Source: the human T2T-CHM13v2.0 reference genome, Homo sapiens. Taken from it: a stretch of DNA of 64,000 nt. Each line of letters opens with the position of its first letter. The first letter of the stretch is position 1. Of this stretch, positions 41,885 through 59,120 are shown in pieces. The notes under the pieces are model-generated. The model worked only from the letters and a program-made list of their open reading frames with translations. It was not told where the DNA came from and ran no database searches. Where the stretch lies: NCBI GenBank assembly GCA_009914755.4, contig CP086569.2, forward strand, positions 18,816,001 through 18,880,000, given 5' to 3'. Position numbers and translations under genes: made by a program.

Positions 41885-42124
41885 CGGGCCATCTTGGCAC
41901 CCTAAAGTGAAGCCTGAGCTGTCCAACCATGGAGTAAATGTAGAGAGCCTAATCGACATAGTATAGTTGCTTCTTCACACAACTCTTTCTACACCACAGG
42001 CCACAAACTGGAAGAGGCTCATTCACACCCCAGGTCTGCTGAAGCACTGGAGGCAGAATGCAGTGACTATGTAGAGAGTCAACTGAAAGAAAGATGACAC
42101 AGCAGCTGCTTCAATACCATCTCT

Positions 42125-44045
<1,921 letters not shown>

Positions 44046-44156
44046 TCTGTCTGCTCAGGACCCAAGACCTGAGCTAAGCAGAATACATCATTAGCTGCAA
44101 GATGCCCTAATGCATGTTCATAGCCCAAAACAATTTCAACCATAGATAAGGCTTGA

Positions 44157-44627
<471 letters not shown>

Positions 44628-46305
44628 GAGCTCTAATTTTTATCTATAGCTACTACTATATAAAAGACCAGAATTGTTTTTTGTTAGATTTGGATGACTG
44701 AAAGTCTGTAATAGTGTTTATTATTATTATTATTTAATTTTAAGTATCCTAGAATGCAGAGTCTAATGGGGCATAAGGCGGTTTCTGCTGCCCTCCCCTA
44801 AACAGAGACACAAAAACAACTGAGATGGTGATTTGAATTTACCAAGTCACAAATATCTCAGAGACACAAAATTCTAAACTGAACATATGGTTAGAATTTT
44901 TGCTGAGATATCAGTTGATTTGTATTTTGTTTTTTGCATAAGGCTCTAGATCTTACACTGTTAACATGAATAAAGAGCTACCTCTTTAAAGGAAACCTTG
45001 AGCAGGATTAGTCAATCATGGAATCATTTAGGTAGAAATATCTAAGTTTTTATGGTCATAAAGTGTGCTTTTTAGATTAACTTAGATTATATTCTATTTA
45101 ATAAGCTAAAATTCTTTACACATGATTAAATGCAGAAACTTGCTTCAAAACAAAGGAAAAACACGTACATATTCTTAGACGTTTAAAATGATTAATGTCT
45201 GGTTTTATATGCACACAATTGTCTAGGATAATCTATAAGTTCAGATTTCCAGAAGCTCTCTGGTGACAGAGTGAGACTCCGTCTCAAAAATAGTAATAAT
45301 TATGATTATAACTAGTTTAGAGGAAAACATAAATGTCCTGATGTAGCTAAAAAACACAGTGCAAGAACTTTGCACAGCATACCCAAGGATCAATAGCTGA
45401 ATTGATCAAGCAGAAGGAAGGATATCACAGATTAAAGACAATGAAATAAAGCATGAAGACAAGATTAGAGAACAAAGTATGAAAAGGAAGCAACAAAGCC
45501 TCCCAGAAATACGGGATTACGTGAGAAGACCAAACCTGTGATTGATTTGTGTACCCAAAAGTGATGAGGACAATTGAACCAACTTGAAAAACAAACTTCA
45601 GGATGTTATGCAGGCCTACATAGACAGGCCTACGTAGACAGATGTTATGTAGGCCAACCTACAAAGACAGGCCAACGTACACTTTCGGGAAATATAGAGG
45701 ACACCACTGAGATACTTCATGAGAAGACAACCCCCAAGACACATAACTGGCAGATTCTCCAAGGCAGAAAAAAAGGAAAAAAAAAATGTTTACAGCAGCC
45801 CAAGAGAAAGATCAGGTTACCTACAAAGGGAAGCCCATTAGACTAACAGCAGATAATTCTGCAGAAACCCTACAAGCCACAAGAGAGAGGCGGCAAATAT
45901 TCACCGATCTTAAAGGAAAGAATTTTCAGACCAGAATTTTATAGGCATCCAAACTAAGCTTTATGGCCAAAGGAGAAATAAAATAATTTTCAGACAAGTT
46001 AAGTGTACAAACATTTTGTCACCACCATGAGTGCCTTACAAGAGTTCCTAAAGGGAATATTAAATATGTAAGGGGACATCTGGTAACAGCTACTGCAAAA
46101 AATAACAAATAAAAAGTCCAACAACACTATGAAGAAACTGCATCAAGAATATGCAAAAGAACCAGCTAGCATCACCATACCATGGTCAAATTGACACGTA
46201 ACAATATTAATCTTAAATATAAATACACCAAGTGTGCTTTATTCAGGAGACACATCTGACGTGCAAAGGCACACATAGGCTCAAAACAAAACGATGGAAG
46301 CATAC

Positions 46306-49300
46306 TTTTTTCTTTTTTTAAATTGTACTTTACATTTTAGGGTACATGTGCACAACGTGCAGGTTTGTTACATATGTATACATGCGCCATGCTGGTGTGC
46401 TGCACCCATTAACTCATCATTTAGCATTAGGTATAGCTCCTAACGCTATCCCTCACCCCTTCCCCCACCCCAGAACAGTCCCTGGAGTGTGATGTTCCCC
46501 TTCCTGTGTCCACGTGTTCTCAGTGTTCAGTTCCCACCTATGAGTGAGAACTTGCGGTGTTTGGTTTTTTGTTCTTGCCATAGTTTGCTGAGAATGATGG
46601 TTTCCAGTTTGATCCATGTCCCTACAAAGGACATGAACTCATCATTTTTTATGGCTGCCTAGTTTCCATAGTGTATATGTGCCACATTTTCTTAATCCAG
46701 TCTGTCGTTTTTAGACATTTAGGTTGGTTCCAAGTCTTTGCTATTGTGAATTGTGCCGTGATAAATATACGTGTGCTTGTGTCTTTATAGCAGCATGATT
46801 TGTAATCCTTTGGGTATATACCCAGTAATGGGATGGCTGGGTCAAATGGGATTTCTAGTTCTAGATCCCCGAGGAATCGCCACACGGACTTGCACAATGG
46901 CTGAACTAGTTTACAGTCCCACCAAGAGTGTAAAAGTGTTCCTGTTTCTCCACATCCTCTCCAGCACCTGTTGTTTCCTGACTTTTTCATGATCACCATT
47001 CTAACTGGTGTGAGATGGTGTCTCATTGTGGTTTTGATTTGCATTTCTCTGACGGCCAGTGATGATGAGCATTTTTTCATGTGTTTTTTGGCTGCATGAA
47101 TGTGTTCTTTTGAGAAATGTCTGTTCATATCCTTTGCCCACTTTTGGATGGGGTTGTTTGTTTTTTTCTTGTAAATTTGTTTAAGTTCTTTGTAGATTCT
47201 GGATATTAGCCCTTTGTCAGATGGGTAGATTGCAAAAATTTTCTCCCATTCTGTAGGTTACCTGTTGACTCTGATGGTAGTTTCTTTTGCTGTGCAGAAG
47301 CTCTTTAGTTTAGTTAGATCCCATTTGTCAATTTTGGCTTTTGTTGTCATTGTGTTTGGCGTTTTAGACATGAAGTCCTTGCCCATGCCTATGTCCTGAA
47401 TGGTATTGCCTAGGTTTTCTTCTAGGGTTTTTATGGTTTTAGGTCTAACATGTAAGTCCCCAATGCATCTTGAATTAATTTTTGTATAAGGTGTAAGGAA
47501 GGGCTCCAGCTACAGCTTTCTACATATGGCTAACCAGTTTTCCCAGCACCATTTATTAAATAGGGATTCCTTTCCCCATTTCTTGTTTTTGTCTGGTTTG
47601 CCAAAGATCAGATAGTTGTGGATATGTGGCATTATTTCTGAGTGCCTGGTTCTCTTCCATTGGTTGTAGCCTTGTAGCATAGTTTGAAGTCAGGTAGTGT
47701 GATGCCTCCAGCTTTGTTCTTTTGACTTAGGAATGACTTGGCAATGTGGGCTCTTTTTTGGTTCCATATGAGCTTTTCCATTCTGTGAAGAAAGTCATTG
47801 GTAGCTTGATGGGGATGGCATTGAATCTATAAATTACGTTGGGCAGTATGGCCATTTTCACGATGTTGATTCTTCCTATCCATGAGCATGGCATGTTCTC
47901 CCATTTGTTTGTAACCTCTTTTATTTCATTAAGCAGTGGTTTGTAGTTCTCCTTGAAGAGGTCCTTCACATCCCCTGTAAGTTGGATTCCTAGGTATTCT
48001 ATTCTCTTTGAAGCAATTGTGAATGGGAGTTCACTCATGATTTAGCTCTCTGCTTGTCTGTTATTGGTGTATAAGAATGTTTGTGATTTTTTGCACATTG
48101 ATTTTGTATCCTGAGACTTTGCTGAAGTTGTTTACAAGCTTAAGGAGATTTTAGACTGAGACGATGGGGTTTTCTAAATATACAATCATGTCATCTGCAA
48201 ACAGGGAGAATTTGACTTCCTATTTTACTAATTGAATACCCTTTGTTTACTTCTCCTGCCTGATTGCCCAGGACAGAACTTCCAACACTAGGTTGAATAG
48301 GAATGGTGAGAGAGGGCATCCCTGTCTTGTGCCAGTTTTCAAAGGGAATGCTTCCAGTTTCTGCCCATTCAGTATGAAGTGGCTGTGCGTTTGTCATGGA
48401 TAGCTCTTATTATTTTGAAATACGTCCCATCCATACCTAATTTATTGAGAGTTTTTAGCATGAAGTGCTGTTGAACTTTGTTGAAGGCCTTTTCTGCATC
48501 TATTGAGTTAATCATGTGGCTTTTGTCATTGGTTCTGTTTATATGCTGGATTATGTTTATTGATTTGCATATGTTGAACCAGCCTTGCATCCCAGGGATG
48601 AAGCCCACTTGATCACGGTGGGTAAGCTTTTAGATGTGCTGCTGGATTCGGTTTGCCAGTATTTTATTGACGATTCTTGCATTGATGTTCATCAGGGATT
48701 TTGGTCTAAAATTCTCTATTTTTGCTGTGTCTCTGCCAGGCTTTGGTATCAGGATGATGCTGGCCTCATAAAATGAGTTAGAGAGGGCTCCCTCTTCTTC
48801 TATTGATTGGAATCGTTTCAGAAGGAATGGTACCAGCTCCTCCTTGTACCTCTGGTAGAATTCGGATGTGAATCCATCTGGTCCTGGACTTTTTTTTTGC
48901 AATATTACTTATTGCCTGAATTTCAGAGCCTGTTACTTGTCTATTCAGAGATCCAACTTCTTCCCGGTTTAGTCTTGGGAGGGTGTATGTGTCGAGGAAT
49001 TTATCCATTTCTTTTAGGTTTTCTACTTCATTTGTGTAGAGGTGTTTATAGTATTCTCTGATGGTAGTTTGTATTTCTGTGGGGTCGGTGGTGATATCCC
49101 TTTTGTCATTTTTTATTGCGTCTATTTGATTCTTCTTTTTTCTTCTTTGTTAGTACTGCTAGCGGTCTATCAATTTTGTTGATCTTTTCAAAAAACCAAC
49201 TCCTAGATTCATTGATTTTTTGAAGGGGCTTTTGTGTCTCTATTTCCTTCAGTTCTGCTCTGATCTTAGTTATTTCTTGCCTTCTGCTAGCTTTTGAATG

Positions 49301-52300
49301 TGTTTGGTCTTGCTTCTCTAGTTCTTTTAATTGTCATGTCAGGGTGTCAATTTTAGATCTTTCCTGTTTTCTCCTGTGGGCATTTAGTGCTACACATTTC
49401 CCTCTACATGCAGCTTTGAACGTGTCCCAGAGATTCTGGTATATTGTATCTTAGTTCTTGTTGGTTTCAAGGAACATCTTTATTTCTGCCTTCATTTCGT
49501 TATGTACCTAGTAGTCATTCAGGAGCAGGTTGTTCAGTTTCCATGCAGTTGAGCGGTTTTGAGTGAGTTTCTTAATCCTGAGTTCTAGTTTGATTTCACT
49601 GTGGTCTGAGAGACAGTTTGTTATAATTTCTGTTCTTTTACATTTGCTGTGGAGTGCTTTACTTCCAACTATGGAGTCAGTTTTGGAATAGGTGTGGTGT
49701 GATGCTGAAAAGAACGTATATTCTGTTGATTTGGGGTGGAGAGTTCTGTAGATGTCTATTAGGTCCACTTGGTGCAGAGCTGACTTCATTTCCTGCATAT
49801 CCTTGTTAACTTTCTGTCTCGTTGATCTGTCTAATGTTGACAGTGGGGCATTAAAGTCTCCCATTATCATTGTGTGGGAGTCTAAGTCTCTTTGTAGGTC
49901 TCTAAGGACTTGCTTTATGAATCTGGGTGCTCCTGTATTGAGTACGTATATATTTAGGATAGTTAGCTCTTCTTGTTGATTTGACCTCTTGATCTTTGTT
50001 GGTTTAAAGTCTGTTTTATCGGAGACTAGGATTGCAACCCTTGCCTTTTTTTGTCTTCCATTTGCTTGGTAGATCTTCCTCCGTCCCTTTATTCTAAGCC
50101 CATGTGTGTCTCTGCACGTCAGATGGGTTTCCTGAATAGAGCACACTGATGGGTCTTGACTCTTTATCCAATTTGCCAGTCTGTGTCTTTTAATTGGAGC
50201 ATTTAGCCCGTTTACATTTAAGGTTAATATTGTTATGTGTGAATTTGATTCTGTCACTTTGATGTTAGCTGGTTATTTTGCTAGTTAGTTGATGCAGCTT
50301 CTTCCTAGCCTCGATGGTCTTTACAATTTGGCATGTCTTTGCAGTGGCTGGTACCGGTTGTTCCTTTCCATGTTTGGCTCTTCCTTCAGGAGCTCCTTTA
50401 GGGCAGGCCTGGTGATGACAAAATCTCTCAGCATTTGCTTGCCTGTAAAGGATTTTATGTCTCCTTCACTTATGATGCTTAGTTTGGCTGGATATGAAAT
50501 TCTGGGTTGAAAATTCCTTTCTTTAAGAATGTTGAATATTGGCCCTCACTCTCTTGTGGCTTGTAGAGTTTCTCCAAGTGATCAGCTGTTAGTCTGATGG
50601 GCTTCCCTTTGTGGGTGACCCTACCTTCTCTCTGGCTTCCCTTAACATCTTTTCCTTCATTTCAACTTTGGTGAACCTGACAGTTATGTGTCTTGGAGTC
50701 GCTCTTCTTGAGGTGTATCTTTGTGGCGTTCCTCTGTATTTCCTGAATCTGAGTGTTGGCCTGCCTCGCTACATTTGGGAAGTTCTCCCGGATAATAGAT
50801 CCATTCTCCCCGTCACTTTCAGGTACACCAATCAGATGTCGCTTTGGTCTTTTCACATAGTCCCATATTTTTTGGAGGCTTTGTTCATTTCTTTTTATTC
50901 TTTTTTCTCTTAACTTCTCTTCTCACTACATTTCATTCACTTGATCTTCCGTCACTGATACCCTTTCTTCCAGTTGATCAAATCGGCTACTGAGGCTTGT
51001 GCGTTCATCACGTAGTTCTCGTGCCATGGTTTTCAGCTCCATCAGGTCCTTTAAGGGCTTCTCTGCTTTGGTTATTCTAGTTAGCCATTCATCTAATTTT
51101 TTTTTCAAGGTTTTCAGCACCTTTGCCATGGGTTCGAACTTCCTCCTTTAGCTCGGAGTAGTTTGATCATCTGAAACCTTCTTCTTTCAAGTCGTCAAAG
51201 TCATGCTCCATCCAGCTTTGTTCTGTTGCTGGTGAGGAGCTGCATTCCTTTGGAGGAGGAGAGGCGCTCTGATTTTTAGAGTTTCCAGTTTTTCTGCTCT
51301 GTTTTTTCCCAATCTTTGTGGTTTTATCTACCTTTGGTCTTTGATGACGGTGACATACAGATGGGGTTTTGGTGTGGATGTCCTTTCTGTTTGTTAATTT
51401 TCCTTCTAACAATCAGGACTCTCAGCTGCAAGTCTGTTGGAGTTTGCTGGAGGTCCACTCCAGACCCTGTTTCCCTAGGTATCAGCAGCGGAGCCTGCAG
51501 AACAGCAGATACTGGTGAACAGCAACTATTGCTGGCTGATTGTTCCTCTGGAAGTTTGGCCTCAGAGGAGTACCCAGCCGTGTGAGGTGTCAGTCTGCAG
51601 CTACTGGGGGGTGCCTCCCAGTTAGGCTATGTGGGGTTCAGGGACCCACTTGAAGAGGCAGTCTGTCCGTTCTGAGATTTCAAGCTGCGTGCTGGGAGAA
51701 CCACTATTCTCTTCAAAGCTGTCAGACAGGGATATTTAAGTCTGCATAGGTTTCTGCTGCCTTTTGTTTGGCTATGCCCTGCCCCCACAGGTGGAGTCTA
51801 CAGAGGCAGGCAGGCCTCCTTGAGCTGCAGTGGGCTCCACCCAGTTCGAAATTCCTGGCCACTTTGTTTACCTACTCAAGCGGCAGCAATGATGGGCTCC
51901 CCTTCCCCAGCCTCATTGTCGCCTTGCAGTTTGATCTCAGACTGCTGTGCTAGCAAAGAGTGAGGCTCCGTGGGTGTAGGCCTTCCAAGCCAGGTGTGTG
52001 ATATAATCTCCTGGTGTGCCGTTTGCTAAGACCACTGGAGAAGCGCAGTATTAATGTGGGAGTGACCTGATTTTCCAGGTGCTGTCTGCCAGCCCTTTCT
52101 TTGAATAGGAAAGGGAATTCCCTGACCCCTTGTGCTCCCTGGGTGAGGTGATGCCTCGCTGTGCTTTGGCTCACCCTCGGTGCACTGCACCCACTGTCCT
52201 GCACCCACGGTCTGACACGCCCCAGTGAGATGAATCCGGTACCTCAGTTGGAAATGCAGAAATCCCCTGTCTTCTGTGTGGCTCATGCTGGGAGCTGTAG

Positions 52301-52335
52301 ACTGGAGCTGTTCCTATTCAACCATCTTGGCTCCG
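46306..52335 (-). mobile_element. Mirror copy of the full-length L1PA-type element (right arm)
   Basis: ORFs 49508-50257 (-), 46649-47128 (-), 47727-48038 (-) and others are amino-acid-identical twins of the left-arm L1 ORFs. Confidence 0.9.
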
Positions 52336-52796
52336 TATACATATGTGTATATGTATATATGTGTATGTATATATGTTTGTGTGTGTATATATAAACACAT
52401 TTATAGACAGAGCATGCATATATATGTAAATATACACACTCACTTAAATATGTGTCTGTATGTGTGCATATATGTGTGTATATATACACGTGTTATATAT
52501 ATATATACACATACATATGTGTATGTGTATACGTATATACCTACATATACACATACCATCTATACACACATACCAGAGTGTATAGGTATACATCCATAAA
52601 CTCTGGGTATTACATATGTGCATATTACATATGTGCATATTACATACATATATGTACACACATACATATGTGTGTGCATGTGTATATGTATATATATACA
52701 CACATATAGAGATATATACACACATATACATATACATATGTATCAACACAAGTGTAAGGTTTCAGCAAAATTTTACTATATAAAAACAGACCGATT

Positions 52797-55700
52797 TGCC
52801 AGCAAGTTGTTACATGATTTGAGAGCGATTAATGCACAGATTTAATCAATGGGTGCATTACAGCAAGGTCTGCCATTCCTGGCAGCCATTCCAAGTGACT
52901 CACCTCCTACAGTAGTAGATCTCAAAGATTATTTCCTTACTATACCCTTACATGAGAAGGATAAGCAAAGTTTCACCCCAAAGCATGCTCACCGGTCCTA
53001 CGCTATTTCAGCGTTTTGTAGGTCAGTCCTTAAAGGAGCCTCATAATATATTTCCTACTGCCTACATCATTCATTATATGGATGAAATTCTTTTGGCTGC
53101 TCCAATGGAAGAGCTATTACACCAATTGTTGAGAGAAGCAAAACAGGGGGACATCTCAAAATAGTTCAACAAAAGGTAGAAGCAACCTCCCCATACCAAT
53201 ACTTAGGCACTATTGTTACTGAAACAAATGTTCGACCTCAGAAAGCAGTCCTCCATAGGGACAGATTACAAACCTTCAGTGATTTCCAACAACTATTAGG
53301 AGATATAAATTGGCTGTGTCCAATCCTAGGTATTGCTACTCGTCAACTCAAACACTCAGGCACTCCATGGAAATTCTTCATTAGGAGCAATGGGCTTAGG
53401 AGACAACCCAGTTGCTGGTTTGTCTGAGGAGGCTGGAGCTGAGTTACAGCTTGTAGAGCAGATTCTTCAGCAAACACATGCCTCCCGGCTACAGCCACAA
53501 AAGCCCTTGGTTCCCTTTATTCTCTCTACCCCTCATTCTCCAACAGGACTTTTAGGCCAGATCATAGAAAAAATATGTAATTGTAATAGAATGGCTTTTT
53601 TTGAAATTCAATCAGAGAGTAAAATCTCTGCAAGTTTATATTTCTTTAACTACTCAGTTTATAACAAGGGGTAGGGATAGATCAAAAATGCTTAAGAGAT
53701 ATGATCCACACAAAATTATTGTTCTCCTTTTAGAGCCAGTCTAAAAGTGTGAGGAGAAATATTGGATTCCCAGCAACAGGCTGCAGCATGGGAAATGTTG
53801 ACTGTGTGGCAAATTGCTCTTTCAGATTGTGTAGGAACAATACATAAACATTATCCATCAGACAAAATTTTGCAATTTTAAAAGTTCAACCTTTCATCTT
53901 CCCCGTGATTACTCATCACAAGCCCATTTCATGCAGCCAGACCTACTTACTGATGGCTCTTCCAAAGGTCGCAAAGTTACTTATGGTACTAAGCATGCTC
54001 AAACAATAAAAAACCCCGGAGTTTCAGATCAACGCTCAGAACTAATGGCAGTTATGCAGGTTTTACAGCTCACTGGTTCATCTCTTATTAACACTCTCTG
54101 TGATTCAGCCTATGTTGTAAATGTAGCCGGTCATATTGGGACGGCCACTATTATTAAAAGCACCCTGGAACCAGAGCAGTTTAACTTGTTTCTAAGACTT
54201 TAAGAAGCTGTTTGCTCTTGTGCTGCTTTTTATATTTCTTATATTTGCTCTCCCACACAACTACCTACACCACTATATCTAGGTAATAATAGAGCCAATA
54301 AATTGGTTTGTTCTGCATTTCAACAAGCTCAACCTTCTCATATATTACTGCATCAAAACTCTGCCTCTACTCGTATGTTTCATTTGCCTAACAGCCAGGC
54401 TGCAGCCCGTACAAGCCTGTCCTGCTTGCCAGCATGTCACTGGAGTCACACTCATAGAAGGCTGTAACCCATGAGACTTAGCTTCAAATGAAATCTGACA
54501 GATGGATGTTACTCACAAAGCTGCCATTGGTAAGTTCTCCTTTGTTCGTGTGACTACAGACACGTATTCTCATATGCGGCATGCTACATGCAAACCAGGT
54601 CACACAGCTGGTTATGTGTAATGACATTGTCTGTCGTCATTTGCTCATATGGGGGGTCCCTAAACAATTAAAAACTGACAATGGACAAGCTTATGCTAGT
54701 CATGCTTTTTAAAATTTTTTACAGCTATGGTCAATCACTCATAAAACAGGAATTCCTTACAAACCCCAAAGACAAGGAATTATAGAGCGGGCAAATCAAA
54801 CATTACAAGCTGTGCTGAAAAAAACCGAAAGAGGAAACAAGAGATCAGTTACCACCTCAAACAAAATACATTTACTTTTACTTTAATTTATTTTTTTACT
54901 TATTTACTTTAATTTTTTTGACTCCTGGCACAGATAGTAAGACTATGGCAGAACGACACTGGTAAATGTTATAGGGAAAAAGTAAAGTATGCCCCAAAAT
55001 ATTATGAAAATCCCCCTAAGGACGATGGAAATGCTCAGGAGATTTACTGATGTAAGGATGAGGGTATGCTTGTGTTTTTACAGGAGATGGATAATCTGTG
55101 TGTTTGTGACCATGTAAAGGGAGACTGGAGAGAGCCATGGATCCCAACTATGAATCCAACTCCTCCATTACAAGCCATGAGTCAGTTGAAATTGCTGGAG
55201 CACCAGGGTCAGGCAAACACCCCTGACATCACGTTGATGGCCATGCTACCCATAACATCCTGTGCAGTAGGTTTCCCTTGTGCAGAGAGACAAAAACATA
55301 TTGGGCATATATTCCCAATCCCCCAGTATTACGGAGTGTAATTTGGAGTGACACTCCCCCTGACATCTATCATGATCATGAAGCAGGGGCACCAGGACCC
55401 CTAACACCCCCTGACAAACAGTTATTAGACTCTCAGAACAATGATTATCAATTATGCTGCTCCATTGGAGGGACTTCCTTCATGAGTCACCCAGGGTACA
55501 TCACTCAACTGCAGTGGCCTTGCAAATTAATCCCAAGTATGGCTGAGTTACCATGGAAAAAAATATGTACCTATTAGGCCTTAGCTCTATTAACATTACT
55601 GGTGTAGCTACTAATCACTCCCAGCCCCATCTCCCAAATCGTATTAATTATACAGAATGGGCTCCCTTTGATAATTCTTACCCCCCTCCTTGGACCCAGT

Positions 55701-57395
55701 GTCTTGGTCCCCTAGCTAGACAAGAGTACATGCTAATGGGAGACATTATTTTCTAGGTGCCTGTGGTCACTTAGATGGGAGAGATGAGAATCCGACCTCA
55801 TGGCATAAACTTCGCTGACACTGGTCAGCATCTCTTCACTACATTGCGCTGGGATTCAGTCCCAACCTGCAGCAAGTTTCACTTGGCATGGAACAGGTTT
55901 TAACTCAACTTTGCCTCAATGGCATTACCAAGGAAAGAGAGGTCCAACTCAGGAGTCGATAGGGAAGGCAGCACTCCACTATATGAATGGCAGCATTTGT
56001 GTCGGAACACTATCTAATTATAGTAATTGTGCTGAACACAGTTTTAATGTTACCATTGTAGAAAACACTACCACTCAATTTACAATTTGTGTTTTTGAAC
56101 TTATGTTTTTCTGGCAGCAAAAAGGACCAACTCCAGGTAAACGATGCCCGACTGACTTGTGATTCCTGTTAACTGTATTATTCCCTTAATCATAGCACAG
56201 TACAAACATACAGCATATCCACCCTAGTAATTCTAGGTCACAATCCCGGATTATGGATTCCTGTAAATCTGCCTGAGCCTTGGGTGGTCACCTCTGGTTT
56301 CCATTTTGTAAACTTTTTTCTTAGTCAGCTTATTCATTGTGCTTGTAGAGCCTTAGGCATGAAAATTTTTGTGAAAGTCTCCTTAGGTACATTAATAACT
56401 TCTGTTGTGGTGTCCTTAGTAGCAATGTACAGCTCCATTCAAATCACAGCTCAATATGTAGAAAATTGGATGTGTACAGCCGACCAGGCATGGATGCTTA
56501 AAAATAAACTTAACACTGAGATACACATGGAAGTAGCAATGTTAAAGAGTTAAAGATTACAGTTCTGTGGCTAGGAAACCAAGAACAAACTTGCAGTTGC
56601 GGCAGCAATTGCATTGTCATTTTAAGCATGCTCATCTTTGTGTAACCAATTTGGAATAAAACCAAAGGGAATATCCATGGAAACTTGATTTACAAAGCAA
56701 AATTCTTAACTTGAAAAAGCATACTCAAGTAAGTCAGCCGTCTCTGAAAACTTGGGCAGAATTCCAGCAAGGTTTAGAGAGCCTTAGCCTTTGGACCTCC
56801 TCCAAACATCACCTAAATGTCTTTTTTGTGATTATCAGAGTAACATCATGATGTCTCTCTTTTATGTTCATTGTCTGTAAAAGCAGCTGGACCACCAAAC
56901 AGCAGTGGAGAGCTGCACAGCCTGCAATTATCTTTACTCAATTAATGCAAAAATAAAAAGGAGGAGATGTTGGAGGCCAAAAGAATGAGAGTCGTGACCA
57001 ACTCAGTAATGACTGGAGGGTCTATGAGCAGAGAGGGAACTGTTCTCATGAAAGCAGCATGTTGGCAACCTGACACACCACGTCTGGTGTCAGAAGGAAT
57101 GCTGAGGGCAGTCATGCCCCAAGCACAGTCTTTCTTGTGGTTATATATAGGAACATCTGAAGCCGGTAGTATATAGAAAGCAATTGTGTGAGCCTGTGAT
57201 AATGCAAGCAGCTGACCAACAATTACCTTTCCTCCCTGTTGATTCTGCCTACTAAATATGAAGGCCTGTAGAAGCTCAGGGCCTTTGCTGATTAGAAGCA
57301 ATGAGCCCTCAACCCCTCTTTTAAAACAGATCTTTTTTGTCTTTGTCTTCATTTCTGCATTCAACCCCCTTTGTTTCATCCCATAGTAACTGACT
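52797..57395 (+). mobile_element. Mirror copy of the truncated HERV-K-like provirus (internal region plus LTR) in the right arm
   Basis: ORFs 52849-53046, 52952-53164, 53333-53674, 53931-54203, 55066-56162 and 56284-56553 (+) are twins of the left-arm ERVK ORFs. The single observed arm difference lies here: L (left) versus M (right) in ...FELLFFWQQ / ...FELMFFWQQ, at nucleotide 30,959 versus 56,103. Confidence 0.75.
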
Positions 57396-58862
57396 GCCAC
57401 ACTGTCTCTATTAAAAATACAAAAAAAAAAAAAAAATAGGTGGGCTTGTTGGCAGACACATGTAGTCCACGCTACTCTGGAACCTGAGGCAGAAGAATCC
57501 CTTCAACCCAGGAGACAGATGTTGCAGTGGGCCAAAATCATGCCTTTGCACCCCAGGTTGGGTGACAAGGTGTGACTCCATCTCAAAAAAGGCAAAAAAC
57601 AAGAAGAAAACAAAACAATACAAAACAAAACAAACAAAAACTATGTTCTGGTTAAGAGAACCAAAAAAAACAAGCCTCAGGCTAAGAAAAGTTTAGGAAA
57701 CACATCTGAAAAGTGACTTTTATGCAAAATATTCAAACAAATAAGATGACCTAATTAATAAGTAGAGACCTGAATAGATACATCACCAAAACAGATATGG
57801 AGATGGAAAACCTGGCACACAAAATACCGATTGCTGAGCCCCTGTTACTTCTTCTGAAGGCTGAGGCTCCAAGCCATTTCCTGAGGAGCAACAGTGGCTG
57901 CCAGAGCGGCAGTGGTTTCAAAGATCATCCCCACCTACCCCAGCTCTACCCTTCTTCCAGTTTCCAAGGATTTCCCAGACATTGAGCCTGCTCACGAGGA
58001 AAGAGCCAGAAGCTGGGTATTTTATTTCACAACTTTTCTTAAAATTCTGGATGTCAACAAGTATCCTTTGGTTGGAAGTTTTATATTTATCCTAACAATC
58101 TTGAGGCACTGACAAGTATTAGGAAAGATGATTCTCAACCTACATTTGATTCCATAAAGAAATAAAGGAATTGGCGTGGCCAGGCATGATGGCTCACATC
58201 GGTAATCCCAGCAGTTTGGGAGGCTGAGCCAGGTGGATGTCCTTAGGTCAGGTGTTTGAGATCATCCTGGTCAACATGGTGAAACAAACTCTCTACTAAA
58301 AATGTAAAAAAAATTAGCCGGTAGTGGTGTCTGGGTCCTGTAAACCCAGATCCTCAGGAAGCTAAGACAGGAGAATTTCGTGAACCCGGGAAGCTGAGGT
58401 TACCAAAGCTGAGATCATGTCATTGCACTCCAGCCATGGGAACAGACCAAGACTCCATCTCAAAACAAACAAACAAACAAACAACAACAACAACAAACAG
58501 AACAGAACAACAACAACAAAAGGACTCAATTACATTTTTAGGCAGTTATTTTAGAAGGCTTGGTACAATGCATTACTATTTTGGTATTCTCAAGACAGAA
58601 AACACAGTAACAGTAGTAAGTAAAAACCAAACAGCAAGTCATTACACGGTTTCAGGTCTAACGCTTAAGTCTTTAATCCATCTTGAATTAATTTTTGTAT
58701 AAGGTGTAAGGAAGGGATCCAGTTTCAGCTTTCTACCTGTGGCTAGCCAGGTTTCCCCCCACCATTTATTAAGTAGGGAATCCTTTCCCCATTGCTTGTT
58801 TTTCTCAGGTTTGTCAAAGATCAGATAGTTGTAGATATGCGGCATTATTTTCTGTTCCATTA

Positions 58863-59120
<258 letters not shown>
